Assembly: GCA_022827185.1 (NCBI GenBank)
Contig: JAJDTM010000050.1
Location: 4,743-68,742 of the forward strand
From: Candidatus Poribacteria bacterium
GTDB lineage: Bacteria; Poribacteria; WGA-4E; WGA-3G
DNA length: 64,000 nucleotides
Direction: 5' to 3'
Position numbers and translations under genes: made by a program. Under the pieces are notes generated by a model that did not search any database, was not told the origin of the DNA, and was given only the letters and a program-made list of their open reading frames with translations. Below, one piece after another: positions 55,873 to 64,000 of the stretch. Within the stretch, counting starts at the first letter, position 1. Each line of letters starts with the position of its first letter.

Positions 55873-56286
55873 TCAGAGTTGTTCTTCTATCCAATCATCA
55901 CCGTGGGCTGGATTATAGATGAGTCCCCTTTTCATATCAACGCAAAGGTCGAGTTGTTCCAAAAGCATGTGTCCGACGAGAACGGGGGATCCTTCCGGAA
56001 GGTTTGTTACCCGGATAGAATAGGAGTGCTCCAACATAGTATATTCGACTTCGGAATAGACGGTGCGTTCCACAATACCAGCGGCGGTTCGCGCAGTTCT
56101 CCTTTCGATGAGCGTAAGACCGAGGCGTTCAATAAGCGACGTGGGTAGACAAAGGCCCGTTGCACCCGTATCCACAAGGGCATCATCAACCGTGAGTCTC
56201 CTTACATCTGCCGGGTCCATAGCACCCACTTGCACCAAAAATAGATCGCTAAGATTTGCGAGTTTGATTTCAGTTGTGTGTCTCAT
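55873..56286 (-). CDS. Retropepsin-like (clan AA) aspartic protease, single-domain (137 aa)
   Basis: The catalytic triad context ALVDTGATGLCLP (D-T-G) and a size typical of homodimeric bacterial/archaeal retropepsin-like proteins. Confidence 0.75.
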   Translation of the reverse strand: MRHTTEIKLANLSDLFLVQVGAMDPADVRRLTVDDALVDTGATGLCLPTSLIERLGLTLIERRTARTAAGIVERTVYSEVEYTMLEHSYSIRVTNLPEGSPVLVGHMLLEQLDLCVDMKRGLIYNPAHGDDWIEEQL

Positions 56287-56309
56287 TTTTGGTTACTCTT
56301 TCTTAAACT

Positions 56310-57515
56310 TTATGTTCGGTAATCTGCATTGATTCGGATGTAGTCGTAAGAATAATCACAGGTCCACATCGTAATCTCTGCGTCCCCCGCGGCGAGATCA
56401 ATTGTAATACGCACCGGATCCTGCGCGAACAGCGCGGTCGCTTTGTCCTCATCGTAGCCCGCATCCATCCCGTCCTTGACGAGTTGGTAATCCGCAAGAT
56501 AGACATCCACCTGATACGGATCGAATGCTGCACCCGATTTTCCGATCGCCATCATGATCCGCCCCCAATTCGCATCGTTGGCGAAAACAGCGGTTTTAAC
56601 GAGCGGTGACTCTGCAACCGCACGTGCCGCTTTCTCTGCATCGTCTCGATTTTTTGCATGTTTGACGACCACCTCAACAAGTTTCGTCGCACCTTCACCG
56701 TCGCGGGCAAGCATCTTCACCAATTCTGTACAAACGGACAGAAGTCCTTCACAAAATGCTTCGTAATTTTCCCCAGCTGCTGCGACAATCTCGGTATTGT
56801 CGGCGTGTCCAGTCGCCAAAATCAGTACCGTATCATTCGTGCTGCGATCGGTATCCACAGTTAGAAGATTATAGGTATTGTCTACCACACGATTTAAAGC
56901 CGTCTGAAGCGTTTCAGCATTAATTTTAGCATCCGTTGTCAGATAGGAGAGCATCGTCGCCATATTCGGTGCGATCATACCGGAGCCTTTTGCAATCCCA
57001 CCGATCCTCACGGGGACGCCATCAATTTCCACTTCTACAGCGATAGATTTCGGGTGTGTATCGGTCGTCATAATCGCTTCTGCGGCATCGCTACCGCCTT
57101 CAGTGCTCAGTGCGCTTACGGTGGCTTGAATCCCGCTTTCGATTTTATCCATCGGCAACTGCTGCCCAATGACACCAGTTGAAGAAACAAGGACGAGGTT
57201 CGCGTCTATACCGAGTTGCTCAGCGGTTGCGGCAGCCATCCGCTGTGCGTTCGCCATGCCGACCTCACCCGTGCAAGCGTTGGCGTTCCCGCTATTGACA
57301 ATAACGGCTTGTGCGCGTCCATCGCTGAGATGCTCACGGCATACCAAAACCGGTGCAGCGGTGACGCTGTTCTTTGTGAAGACTCCGGCGGCGGTCGCGG
57401 GGGTGTCCGTAACAATAAGGGCTACATCTTTCGCATCTGCGGCTTTAATACCTGCCTGAACACCTGCTGCTCGGACACCCGAAACAGCGGTGATTCCGTC
57501 ATCTATCTGTTTCAT
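56310..57515 (-). CDS. argJ: Bifunctional glutamate N-acetyltransferase / amino-acid acetyltransferase
   Basis: Full-length ArgJ-like sequence with the autoprocessing site region (ATMLSYLTTDA), the IMTTDT..K block and the STNDT motif. Confidence 0.93.
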   Translation of the reverse strand: MKQIDDGITAVSGVRAAGVQAGIKAADAKDVALIVTDTPATAAGVFTKNSVTAAPVLVCREHLSDGRAQAVIVNSGNANACTGEVGMANAQRMAAATAEQLGIDANLVLVSSTGVIGQQLPMDKIESGIQATVSALSTEGGSDAAEAIMTTDTHPKSIAVEVEIDGVPVRIGGIAKGSGMIAPNMATMLSYLTTDAKINAETLQTALNRVVDNTYNLLTVDTDRSTNDTVLILATGHADNTEIVAAAGENYEAFCEGLLSVCTELVKMLARDGEGATKLVEVVVKHAKNRDDAEKAARAVAESPLVKTAVFANDANWGRIMMAIGKSGAAFDPYQVDVYLADYQLVKDGMDAGYDEDKATALFAQDPVRITIDLAAGDAEITMWTCDYSYDYIRINADYRT

Positions 57516-57551
57516 GAACGCTCCTCCACGTTTACCTTACATAAGTCTTAT

Positions 57552-57836
57552 TTAGTTTTGTGTTTTGTCTGACTGATTCAACACCTGTAGGAGTGCTGCT
57601 TTTTCTTCTGGATCCAATGCGTGTAAATCTTCTATGTTAAGTCCTGCTAACCGTTCAGAAACGGTCAACCCACGCACGCGTTCAGAAACGGTCAACCCAC
57701 GCACGCGTTCTTCTGGGGTCATTTTTTCTAACAGATCTGTGCCCATGCTATCAATAATTCGTTGGAGTTGTTTTTCGTATAAACTCTGTTTTCCTGCCAT
57801 TTTTAGAATTTCCTTCGGGCTATCAGTAGACATCAA
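57552..57836 (-). CDS. Small hypothetical protein with an ERVRGLTVS tandem repeat (94 aa)
   Basis: The ORF contains a perfect 27-bp duplication. Its C-terminal (E/S)ERxxGL repeats resemble tails of Rpn/PD-(D/E)XK-transposase-associated proteins as I recall them. Coding status is uncertain. Confidence 0.5.
   Translation of the reverse strand: MMSTDSPKEILKMAGKQSLYEKQLQRIIDSMGTDLLEKMTPEERVRGLTVSERVRGLTVSERLAGLNIEDLHALDPEEKAALLQVLNQSDKTQN
57653..57706. repeat. Perfect 27-bp direct tandem duplication
   Basis: gttcagaaacggtcaacccacgcacgc x2 (57653..57679 and 57680..57706), followed by gttc. Confidence 0.95.
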
Positions 57837-57943
57837 ATTTCTCCATACCTGTAACGAATAAAGTTCCTCTTATCTCCAATAATTAGTATTGCTAAAGTAT
57901 ACACTATTTATGTGGAGGCGTCAACAGAAATTTCTTCATTGGG

Positions 57944-58579
57944 CAAGACGATTTAGTTTTAACCCAAGTTGCTGCTAATAAGATTTTAAACCCGCAGCCC
58001 TCGTGTTTCACTGAAAAATATCGATTCGCCAAGCGTTTTGTAGCGTAAACTTTTAGTTTGCGAATTCACAGGCACAAACTGGGAAGTTTGTGCTACAGGT
58101 GGCAACTTAGTTTTAGATAAATTAGATAAAGGGTCTCGGGCAAACAGGGTTCTACAGAGATTCTTTAGGCAATCAATTGAGATTCGGCACCCCATCAAAG
58201 GTCTCGGGCAAACAGGGTTCTACAGAGATACTGAAAAAATACGCAGAAATACCCAAGCAAAAACACCCCAAGCAAATAAACCCTACGGGACTAAAGAAGT
58301 TTTTGGAGTCTTTAAGGGTTCCGCGTCATATCTGGTTCGGTTGGGAATGCAGGTCGCAAATGTAAAGCTTTCTCACTGCGAAGCAAAATTTTGCCGCGTA
58401 TAGGAAACCAAATTTGGGCGTGTACGCCGCGATGCCCTTCGCATCTGGGCGAGTACGCCGCAAAAACCGAACCTACCGGGCCTGGATTAAGGGGTAGTAT
58501 TCGGTTCGGTTGCAAACCGCACCTGCTGGGCCTGGGGGGTCCAAAATTGGACGAAAAAACCGAAAACTAAATAGTCCTG
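57944..58579. mobile_element. Composite non-coding repeat region bounded by family B inverted termini
   Basis: Left end CAAGACGATTTAGTTTT and right end AAAACTAAATAGTCCTG. Inside are a 33-34-nt direct repeat pair, copies of GAATGCAGGTCGCA.../GGGCGAGTACGCCGCAAA, two AACCG(A/C)ACCT(A/G)C(C/T)GGGCCTGG units and a CTCACTGCGAAG block. Confidence 0.6.
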
Positions 58580-58852
58580 TATAATTTGCTTTTTCGCTGA
58601 AAGTATTCTATAATTCATGGTTAGATATGTGATTTTTTATTGATTGTTTGAATAAAAACAAGATTTGACCTATTATAACTGAATAAGCGTGTCAATTGCG
58701 TCGCGAGGCGCGGTGCAAAGCGGATATCAAACATTCGCTCCACCGGTTAACTGTTGACTACGATTTATTCTCAAACTCACATTGTATCATTATTTGGTTA
58801 AACCCTCTCTTTTAAACTGGCGTTGAAGGAGGAAAGATTGAAGCAATCTACT

Positions 58853-60124
58853 ATGAAAAAATGGCGACTCTTAGGTATCGTTTTAGTGGCGTTCATTGTG
58901 GGTGTCGTCGGATGCCCTGAAACGCAACAGATGATGAAACCGGTGGTGGATGAGGTGATGGACGACAAGTCGGCAAAACCGCCGGCAATGGTTGGTGACA
59001 TGAAAAAGCCGGAAGAGAAACCGGCTACTGAGACGGAGCCGGAAGTGGCAGAGGAAGAGCCTGAGCCGGAAAAACCCGCAGATACCACACCACCCACGGT
59101 GGTTGAGGTCGCGTGGTATGCCGATCAACAGCTCACTGAAGTATTGACGACAGACAGTGAGGTACAGTCGGGAGATACAGTCTACACTGTGGTCAGGTTC
59201 TCTGAACCGATGATGCATATTGTTGCTGGTGACGAAACCGTCCGTCCCGTTCTATACATCGTAATAGACGGCAAGACCAGGCGGTATAAGATGCTTCCGC
59301 ACGAGGCCGACCTCCAAAGTGGTGAGGCGAAACCGCTTCAGGACGACACCGACTACCTCTGCAAGTACACTATACCTGCAGACATTGTCGGCACCTTCGC
59401 CCTGCGTGTGGGCAGTGCAACTGTTGATATTGCAGGTAACAAAGTCGCCGAAGCTTCAGTACACACCACCCCGTTTATGGTGACAGAGCCGGAACCGGAA
59501 CAGACAATCCCGCTGCCTCCGGGTTACACACTCCCACAGGAACTTGTTCCGGAAACAGTGACACTCTCACAGAACGAGCGAACACTCTCAAACATCATAC
59601 TGCGATACGAAGAAGTCAATGAAAATTGGGACACATTTGCGCCTCCACGATATTTCACAACCGATAAACAGGCTGATGTGATATCGGTACTACCGTACGA
59701 GTATCGGGAAGAGGTGTACGAGCTGTTTGCCGCCTCAGTTGATCTGCCATACTTCGCAGAAGCAGCGGAAGTAATGAAAGAAGTCAACATTAAACTGATG
59801 ACTCTTGCCGATGAGGCACGCAGCACCGGAGACTGGACACCGTATGATACCTACCTGTTTGACACGGCACACAAAAGACGAGGTCTCTATGTCGGCGGAG
59901 TCATTCCCGAACTGTTGAGAGACATCTACTTTGAGGAAAACCCGCACCTGCTGTTTCAAGCCGGTGTATCACGGTACTGGTTTATTCTTGAGTGGTACCG
60001 CATCCAACTTGAACATGCAAATCTCAATGTCAACAAAATCCTGCAAAGATATGATCTCCTAGACCTATACCGAGAATCATGCCGAAACGGCAATATCTTC
60101 GGTTTTGACAACCCGTGGGACTAG
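58853..60124 (+). CDS. Hypothetical lipoprotein with a Pro/Glu-rich linker and an Ig-like (SbsA/Big_5-like) domain
   Basis: Signal peptide plus lipobox MKKWRLLGIVLVAFIVGVVGC, an acidic PE-rich linker, the block PPTVVEV...VVRFSEPM typical of Big_5-type Ig domains, and an unknown helical C-terminal half. Confidence 0.7.
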   Translation: MKKWRLLGIVLVAFIVGVVGCPETQQMMKPVVDEVMDDKSAKPPAMVGDMKKPEEKPATETEPEVAEEEPEPEKPADTTPPTVVEVAWYADQQLTEVLTTDSEVQSGDTVYTVVRFSEPMMHIVAGDETVRPVLYIVIDGKTRRYKMLPHEADLQSGEAKPLQDDTDYLCKYTIPADIVGTFALRVGSATVDIAGNKVAEASVHTTPFMVTEPEPEQTIPLPPGYTLPQELVPETVTLSQNERTLSNIILRYEEVNENWDTFAPPRYFTTDKQADVISVLPYEYREEVYELFAASVDLPYFAEAAEVMKEVNIKLMTLADEARSTGDWTPYDTYLFDTAHKRRGLYVGGVIPELLRDIYFEENPHLLFQAGVSRYWFILEWYRIQLEHANLNVNKILQRYDLLDLYRESCRNGNIFGFDNPWD

Positions 60125-60128
60125 CAAA

Positions 60129-60160
60129 ACAAAAAACCTATGCAACTGCATAGGTTTTTC
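60129..60160. terminator. Bidirectional rho-independent terminator between convergent genes
   Basis: AAAAAA-CCTATGC-AACT-GCATAGG-TTTTT, that is a 7-bp GC-containing stem extended by A/T runs on both sides. Confidence 0.65.
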
Positions 60161-60184
60161 AATTTGCGGATAACACTCACTGAA

Positions 60185-61336
60185 TTATTGCCCTCCACCA
60201 CCTTCCCTAACACACCTTGCTCCAAGGTTTGGAGGTTTACCAACTACTCCACACGTATACCCACCTCCGCATGTAAATCGTGTCTCACCACAATTAGTAT
60301 TTCTATCAGTCGTGTAGTAAGTAGTTACTACATCTTTACCATCGCAAGTCTTCACCGTCTTTCCACAGCAGTAGGTTCCGGTGTTACTGTTTCTTGAACA
60401 CGAAACAGGATTATTCCAATTATACGAACTGCCATTCATTGAGTCAACACACCGCCATGACCCGTCAGCATTGCAACCATAGCTAATCCCACTGGAGCAA
60501 CCCGAATCACCACAGGCAGCCCTACTGATAGGTTCACTACACACAGTCCGGGTTTCTTGGTATCTGGTCTCCGTCACTCTCCTTGGGTCCCTGAAACCAG
60601 AACACGATTCTGTATAACCAACGTAGGTAGTATAAGAGACGTGAGAATAAGGATTACAACATGACCACTTAACAGTAGTGCCCCACTGATCCGTCACCTC
60701 AGATGATCCGCATGAGGTAACACCCGTTCCATTACAAGAAACATAAGTAGCATCATTCGAACACGAAACATTCTGACACGCCGCAACACATGATCCGTTT
60801 TGACATCCCTGCCCGCTGGGACAACTGGTACCGGAGATCGTTTGGCTGGAAGAGCCGGCGCAATTAATCTCTAAGCAATCGGTATCCTGCCCCTTAATAC
60901 AGGTACGAGTCTGACTATGGGTGGAGCCACAATTAAATGGCGAAGGTGCTGCAGGTGTCCGCCCACTCCAAGAGGCTGCAGAGTAAGTGCAGGTCTGCGC
61001 AGGAGTACAATTTGCCGAAGAACTGGCATCTGAATAACAGGTGTCAGGGTCAGAGGGGTTTTTGCGTTGGACAGAGAACGAGTAGGTTTGACCGTTTGTG
61101 ATACCGGTGGTGAATACTTTTTTACGGTTTGCACCGTCAGTATCCATTGGCTCCCAATTGCCTGAACCCTTCCGCACCCGGTATGTGTAGGAGTTGGAGT
61201 CGCTGTCATTGTCGGTAACTGTACACTCAGCATTGCCTGACGTAACCGTCGGTGCTGCCGGTGTAGATGGTGCGGGGCAGGAAGCATGGGGAAAAGTAAA
61301 ATAAAAGAAACCGAATGCTTCTGTCGAAAAATTCAT
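60185..61336 (-). CDS. Cysteine-rich Ser/Thr/Gly/Asn-rich hypothetical protein (383 aa, about 32 Cys)
   Basis: Long ORF with a short hydrophobic N-terminus (MNFSTEAFGFFYFTFPHASC), an FN3-like segment (YTYRVRKGSGNWEPM...GQTYSFSVQRKN), then dense Cys spacing. The upstream extension to 61468 was rejected. Confidence 0.65.
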   Translation of the reverse strand: MNFSTEAFGFFYFTFPHASCPAPSTPAAPTVTSGNAECTVTDNDSDSNSYTYRVRKGSGNWEPMDTDGANRKKVFTTGITNGQTYSFSVQRKNPSDPDTCYSDASSSANCTPAQTCTYSAASWSGRTPAAPSPFNCGSTHSQTRTCIKGQDTDCLEINCAGSSSQTISGTSCPSGQGCQNGSCVAACQNVSCSNDATYVSCNGTGVTSCGSSEVTDQWGTTVKWSCCNPYSHVSYTTYVGYTESCSGFRDPRRVTETRYQETRTVCSEPISRAACGDSGCSSGISYGCNADGSWRCVDSMNGSSYNWNNPVSCSRNSNTGTYCCGKTVKTCDGKDVVTTYYTTDRNTNCGETRFTCGGGYTCGVVGKPPNLGARCVREGGGGQ

Positions 61337-61401
61337 TTCGCATATAAAACCAAAATATGCTATACTTATCCATAAATACCTAAAAAAACGAGGATAAAAA
61401 G

Positions 61402-62748
61402 ATGCACACCATTTTAGAGCGTTATCAAAAAACCTTTGCGAAAGATAGAGAAATGTCAGAGGCTGCAAATCACCTGTTTCCAGATGGTGTGACGCACGAC
61501 GGACGCTATATGACCCCCTTTCCGGTCTATATTACGCATGCCGATGGATCGAAAAAATGGGGACTGGATGACAGGGAATTCATCGACTATTGGGCGGGAC
61601 ACGGCGCACTGCTCCTCGGACATAACCCACCGGAAGTCGTGGAAGCGGTAACGACGCAGATGCACCGAGGCACGCACTACGGTGCGTGTCATCCATTGGA
61701 ATTGGAGTGGGGTTCGCTCGTGACGCAGCTGATACCGTCAGCAGAACGTGTCCGGTTCGTCAGTTCCGGTACAGAGGCGACGCTGATGGCGATCCGGCTG
61801 GCTCGCACCTATACAGGCAAGAATAAGGTGTTGAAATTCACCGGACATTTCCACGGTTGGCACGACAGTCTCATCTTAGGGGCATATCCGCCTTTTGATA
61901 TGGGTGTTCCCGGTATTCCACAAGAGGTGAAAGGGACAACGCTATTATCTCCACCGAACGACATTGATGCCGTTGAAACGTTATTGAAAACGGATAAAGA
62001 CATCGCTTGTGTCATCCTTGAACCGACAGGGGCATCTTTCGGCATCGTTCCCACGAATGGAACGTTTTTAAAGCAGCTCCGTGAACTGACGGAAGCCTAC
62101 GGGGTTCTGCTGATTTTCGACGAGGTTATCACAGGGTTCCGAGTCGCACCGGGTGGCGCGCAAGCGCATTACAACGTCATACCAGATATGACAACGCTCG
62201 CGAAGATTTTGGCGGGTGGACTTCCCGGCGGCGCACTCGTCGGCAAAACCGAGGTTCTCGAACTCATCTCAATGAAGTCGGAGCCTGACGGCTTGAAAAT
62301 GCCGCACCCCGGCACTTTTAACGCGAATCCACTCTCTGCTGCTGCGGGGATCGCGATGCTCAATATCATCAAAACAGGCGAACCGCACAAACAGGCACAT
62401 CGGACTGCAGACCGGCTTCGCACAGAATTGAACAGCATTATTGACGATTACAAACTCGACTGGGTGGTTTACGGCGAATTTTCGGGGATTAGACTGCTCA
62501 TAGGACACGGCGAAAAAGATGTCCGTGCCTCCGATTTCGATCCATACACATGGGATTACCGGAAATTGAAAGGCAATAGTGATCCGGATATGCAGGAACG
62601 TCTCCGGTGCGGTCTGTTGCTAAATGGTATCGATCTTGCCAATAACGGTGGAATGACAACAGCGGCACATACAGACGAAGACATCACGAAAACAGTGGCA
62701 GCGTTTGCACAGACACTCGAATGGCTGAAGGCAGAAAAAGCAATTTAG
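61402..62748 (+). CDS. Class III (GSA aminomutase-like) PLP-dependent aminotransferase
   Basis: SGTEATLMAIRLAR, GHFHGWHD, the DEV motif (LIFDEVITGFR) and the lysine region TTLAKILAGG. Confidence 0.88.
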   Translation: MHTILERYQKTFAKDREMSEAANHLFPDGVTHDGRYMTPFPVYITHADGSKKWGLDDREFIDYWAGHGALLLGHNPPEVVEAVTTQMHRGTHYGACHPLELEWGSLVTQLIPSAERVRFVSSGTEATLMAIRLARTYTGKNKVLKFTGHFHGWHDSLILGAYPPFDMGVPGIPQEVKGTTLLSPPNDIDAVETLLKTDKDIACVILEPTGASFGIVPTNGTFLKQLRELTEAYGVLLIFDEVITGFRVAPGGAQAHYNVIPDMTTLAKILAGGLPGGALVGKTEVLELISMKSEPDGLKMPHPGTFNANPLSAAAGIAMLNIIKTGEPHKQAHRTADRLRTELNSIIDDYKLDWVVYGEFSGIRLLIGHGEKDVRASDFDPYTWDYRKLKGNSDPDMQERLRCGLLLNGIDLANNGGMTTAAHTDEDITKTVAAFAQTLEWLKAEKAI

Positions 62749-62779
62749 AGGCTTTTAATTTATGGTCTCCTGGACTGCG

Positions 62780-62893
62780 CTCCATTCCATTACGCGCAGA
62801 TTTCTGGTTACACTTCAACTGGGCTGGGGAATTTTGACCGTTCTTTTATCTTTCAAACATTGAATCAAAACCTTAGCCCGTAATGAAATGGAG
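62780..62893. repeat. 15-bp inverted repeat pair flanking 84 bp (small MITE-like element or structured leader)
   Basis: CTCCATTCCATTACG (62780..62794) against CGTAATGAAATGGAG (62879..62893), with 14 of 15 positions complementary. Confidence 0.5.
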
Positions 62894-62961
62894 GGCGGAT
62901 TTACGGAGAGGGACGTTGGTCATTCAACGCATCTTATCGAACCGCAAGGTATAATAAAAAA

Positions 62962-63945
62962 ATGAAGACAATTACGTATCGCGACGCGCTCAAAGAAGCG
63001 TTAGCAGAGGAGATGGAACGCGACGACGCGGTCTTTCTGATGGGTGAGGACATCGCTGAATATGGCGGTGCCTATAAAGTAACTGATGGGTTGTTCAAGG
63101 ACTTCGGGAAGGATCGCATCCGAAACACGCCGATCTCGGAAGCCGCCATCATTGGAACCGCGCTCGGTGCAGCGGTTACAGGAATGCGTCCTGTCGCCGA
63201 ACTGATGTATATCGATTTTACTGCAGTCGGTATGGACCAGATTGTGAACCAGGTCGCAAAAATCCGTTATATGGTCGGTGGGCAGCTCGATGTGCCGCTC
63301 GTGATTCGGACGCAGGGCGGTGCGGGTCGTTCCTCCGCAGCGCAGCATGCTCAGAGTCTTGAAGCATGGTTTGTACATATTCCAGGGCTGCTCGTCGTGA
63401 TGCCTTCCACACCCTACGACGCAAAAGGGTTACTGAAAACCGCCATCCGAGACGACAACCCGATCATGTTTATTGAGCATAAACTCCTCTATACAGAGGA
63501 AGGGGAGATTCCTGAAGAAGAATATACGATTCCGTTGGGTGTAGCGGATGTCAAACGTGAAGGTGAGGACATCACAATTCTCGCAACATCACGGATGGTC
63601 CTGAACGCGCTTATTGCCGCAGATACACTTGCTGAAGAAGGTATCTCTGCTGAAGTCGTTGATCCGAGAACGCTGATGCCGCTTGACAAGGACAGTATCC
63701 TCGACTCTGTCCGGAAAACGAATCGGTTGCTTATTGCGCACGAGGCAGTCGGCAGGGCGGGTTTCGGGGCGGAGATCGCCGCGCTTGTCGTCCGCGAGGC
63801 ATTTGATTATCTTGATGCACCGATTGAGCGAGTCGCAGCCATGCCGGTGCCTGTTCCTTTCGCGCCCGTGATGGAAAACTTTGTGATTCCAAGCGCAGAT
63901 CAGATCACTGATGCAGCACGGAAACTTGTGCATTATGAGATTTAA
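62962..63945 (+). CDS. 2-oxoacid (pyruvate/acetoin) dehydrogenase E1 component beta subunit
   Basis: N-terminus ITYRDALKEALAEEMERDDAVFLMGEDIAEYGGAYKVT and the typical 327-aa transketolase-like Pyr plus C-terminal domains. Confidence 0.92.
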   Translation: MKTITYRDALKEALAEEMERDDAVFLMGEDIAEYGGAYKVTDGLFKDFGKDRIRNTPISEAAIIGTALGAAVTGMRPVAELMYIDFTAVGMDQIVNQVAKIRYMVGGQLDVPLVIRTQGGAGRSSAAQHAQSLEAWFVHIPGLLVVMPSTPYDAKGLLKTAIRDDNPIMFIEHKLLYTEEGEIPEEEYTIPLGVADVKREGEDITILATSRMVLNALIAADTLAEEGISAEVVDPRTLMPLDKDSILDSVRKTNRLLIAHEAVGRAGFGAEIAALVVREAFDYLDAPIERVAAMPVPVPFAPVMENFVIPSADQITDAARKLVHYEI

Positions 63946-64000
63946 TTGCACCCGTGAACCGCTGGCGTGTTCGTGAGCGCGCCAGCAGCAAAAATTTACG

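Noticed and set aside
55341-56148. ORFs 55341..55559, 55565..55792, 55590..55811 and 55642..56148.
   Set aside because: They run through three well-folded tRNA genes and their promoter region, or lie antisense to the retropepsin-like gene. There is no coding evidence.
58128-58229. A CRISPR-like arrangement of two 33-34-nt direct repeats (AAAGG(G)TCTCGGGCAAACAGGGTTCTACAGAGAT) separated by a 35-nt spacer.
   Set aside because: There are only two repeat copies and one of them has an indel. No cas genes or leader are in the window. The pair is embedded in a composite MITE-like region full of other repeats. I treat it as a local duplication, not a CRISPR array.
61337-61468. The upstream extension of the cysteine-rich ORF to 61468.
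   Set aside because: It would overlap the divergent aminotransferase start (61402) by 67 nt. It also runs through an AT-rich promoter/RBS-like segment. The ATG at 61336 is kept, although the true start remains uncertain.
62962-63945. The absence of an E1-alpha gene upstream of E1-beta as evidence for a novel enzyme arrangement.
   Set aside because: Gene order varies and the alpha subunit may be encoded elsewhere. The window ends 55 nt after the gene, so downstream context is unknown. It is noted only in passing.

Overview
Bacterial chromosomal segment, about 50% G+C by eye, with one visibly AT-rich insert. I support about 43 protein-coding genes, 3 tRNAs and many short non-coding repeats.

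Housekeeping and metabolic genes:
- gnd, thrS, argJ, a NifS/IscS-type cysteine desulfurase, a fused homocysteine methyltransferase/MTHFR, an E1-beta subunit and a heterodimeric ABC exporter.
- A complete assimilatory nitrate operon on the minus strand: ANTAR response regulator, then nirA, a NarK/NrtP transporter and narB.

Accessory cell-surface genes:
- A 2,949-aa LRR/cadherin giant protein.
- A WD40-metzincin-dockerin fusion.
- A dockerin-tagged PHM/DBH-like copper monooxygenase.
- A stand-alone double WD40 propeller.
- A cysteine-rich protein.
- Two of these share a NPFNPETWIPYQL-type C-terminal sorting domain.

Observations most worth follow-up:
1. An ANTAR-type dual-hexaloop antiterminator overlapping an intrinsic terminator in the nirA leader.
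2. Two 642-aa paralogous polytopic membrane proteins of unknown function, each tightly coupled to an ATP-dependent enzyme gene. One partner is an archaeal-type phosphopantothenate synthetase-like gene and the other a PurM/HypE-like gene.
3. A tandem pair of 492-aa genes that combine a TonB-like SxxxH anchor and proline-rich spacer with a non-TonB C-terminal domain.
4. An AT-rich type II restriction-modification insert.
5. At least three families of dispersed MITE/STRR-like intergenic repeats.
6. A probable AUU-initiated ABC exporter gene.

Gene content resembles uncultivated lineages rich in eukaryote-like repeat proteins, such as Poribacteria-like or related candidate phyla. That is inference only. 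No CRISPR array, cas genes, rRNA, transposase or prophage was found. All family assignments rest on motif recognition by eye, not on database searches.
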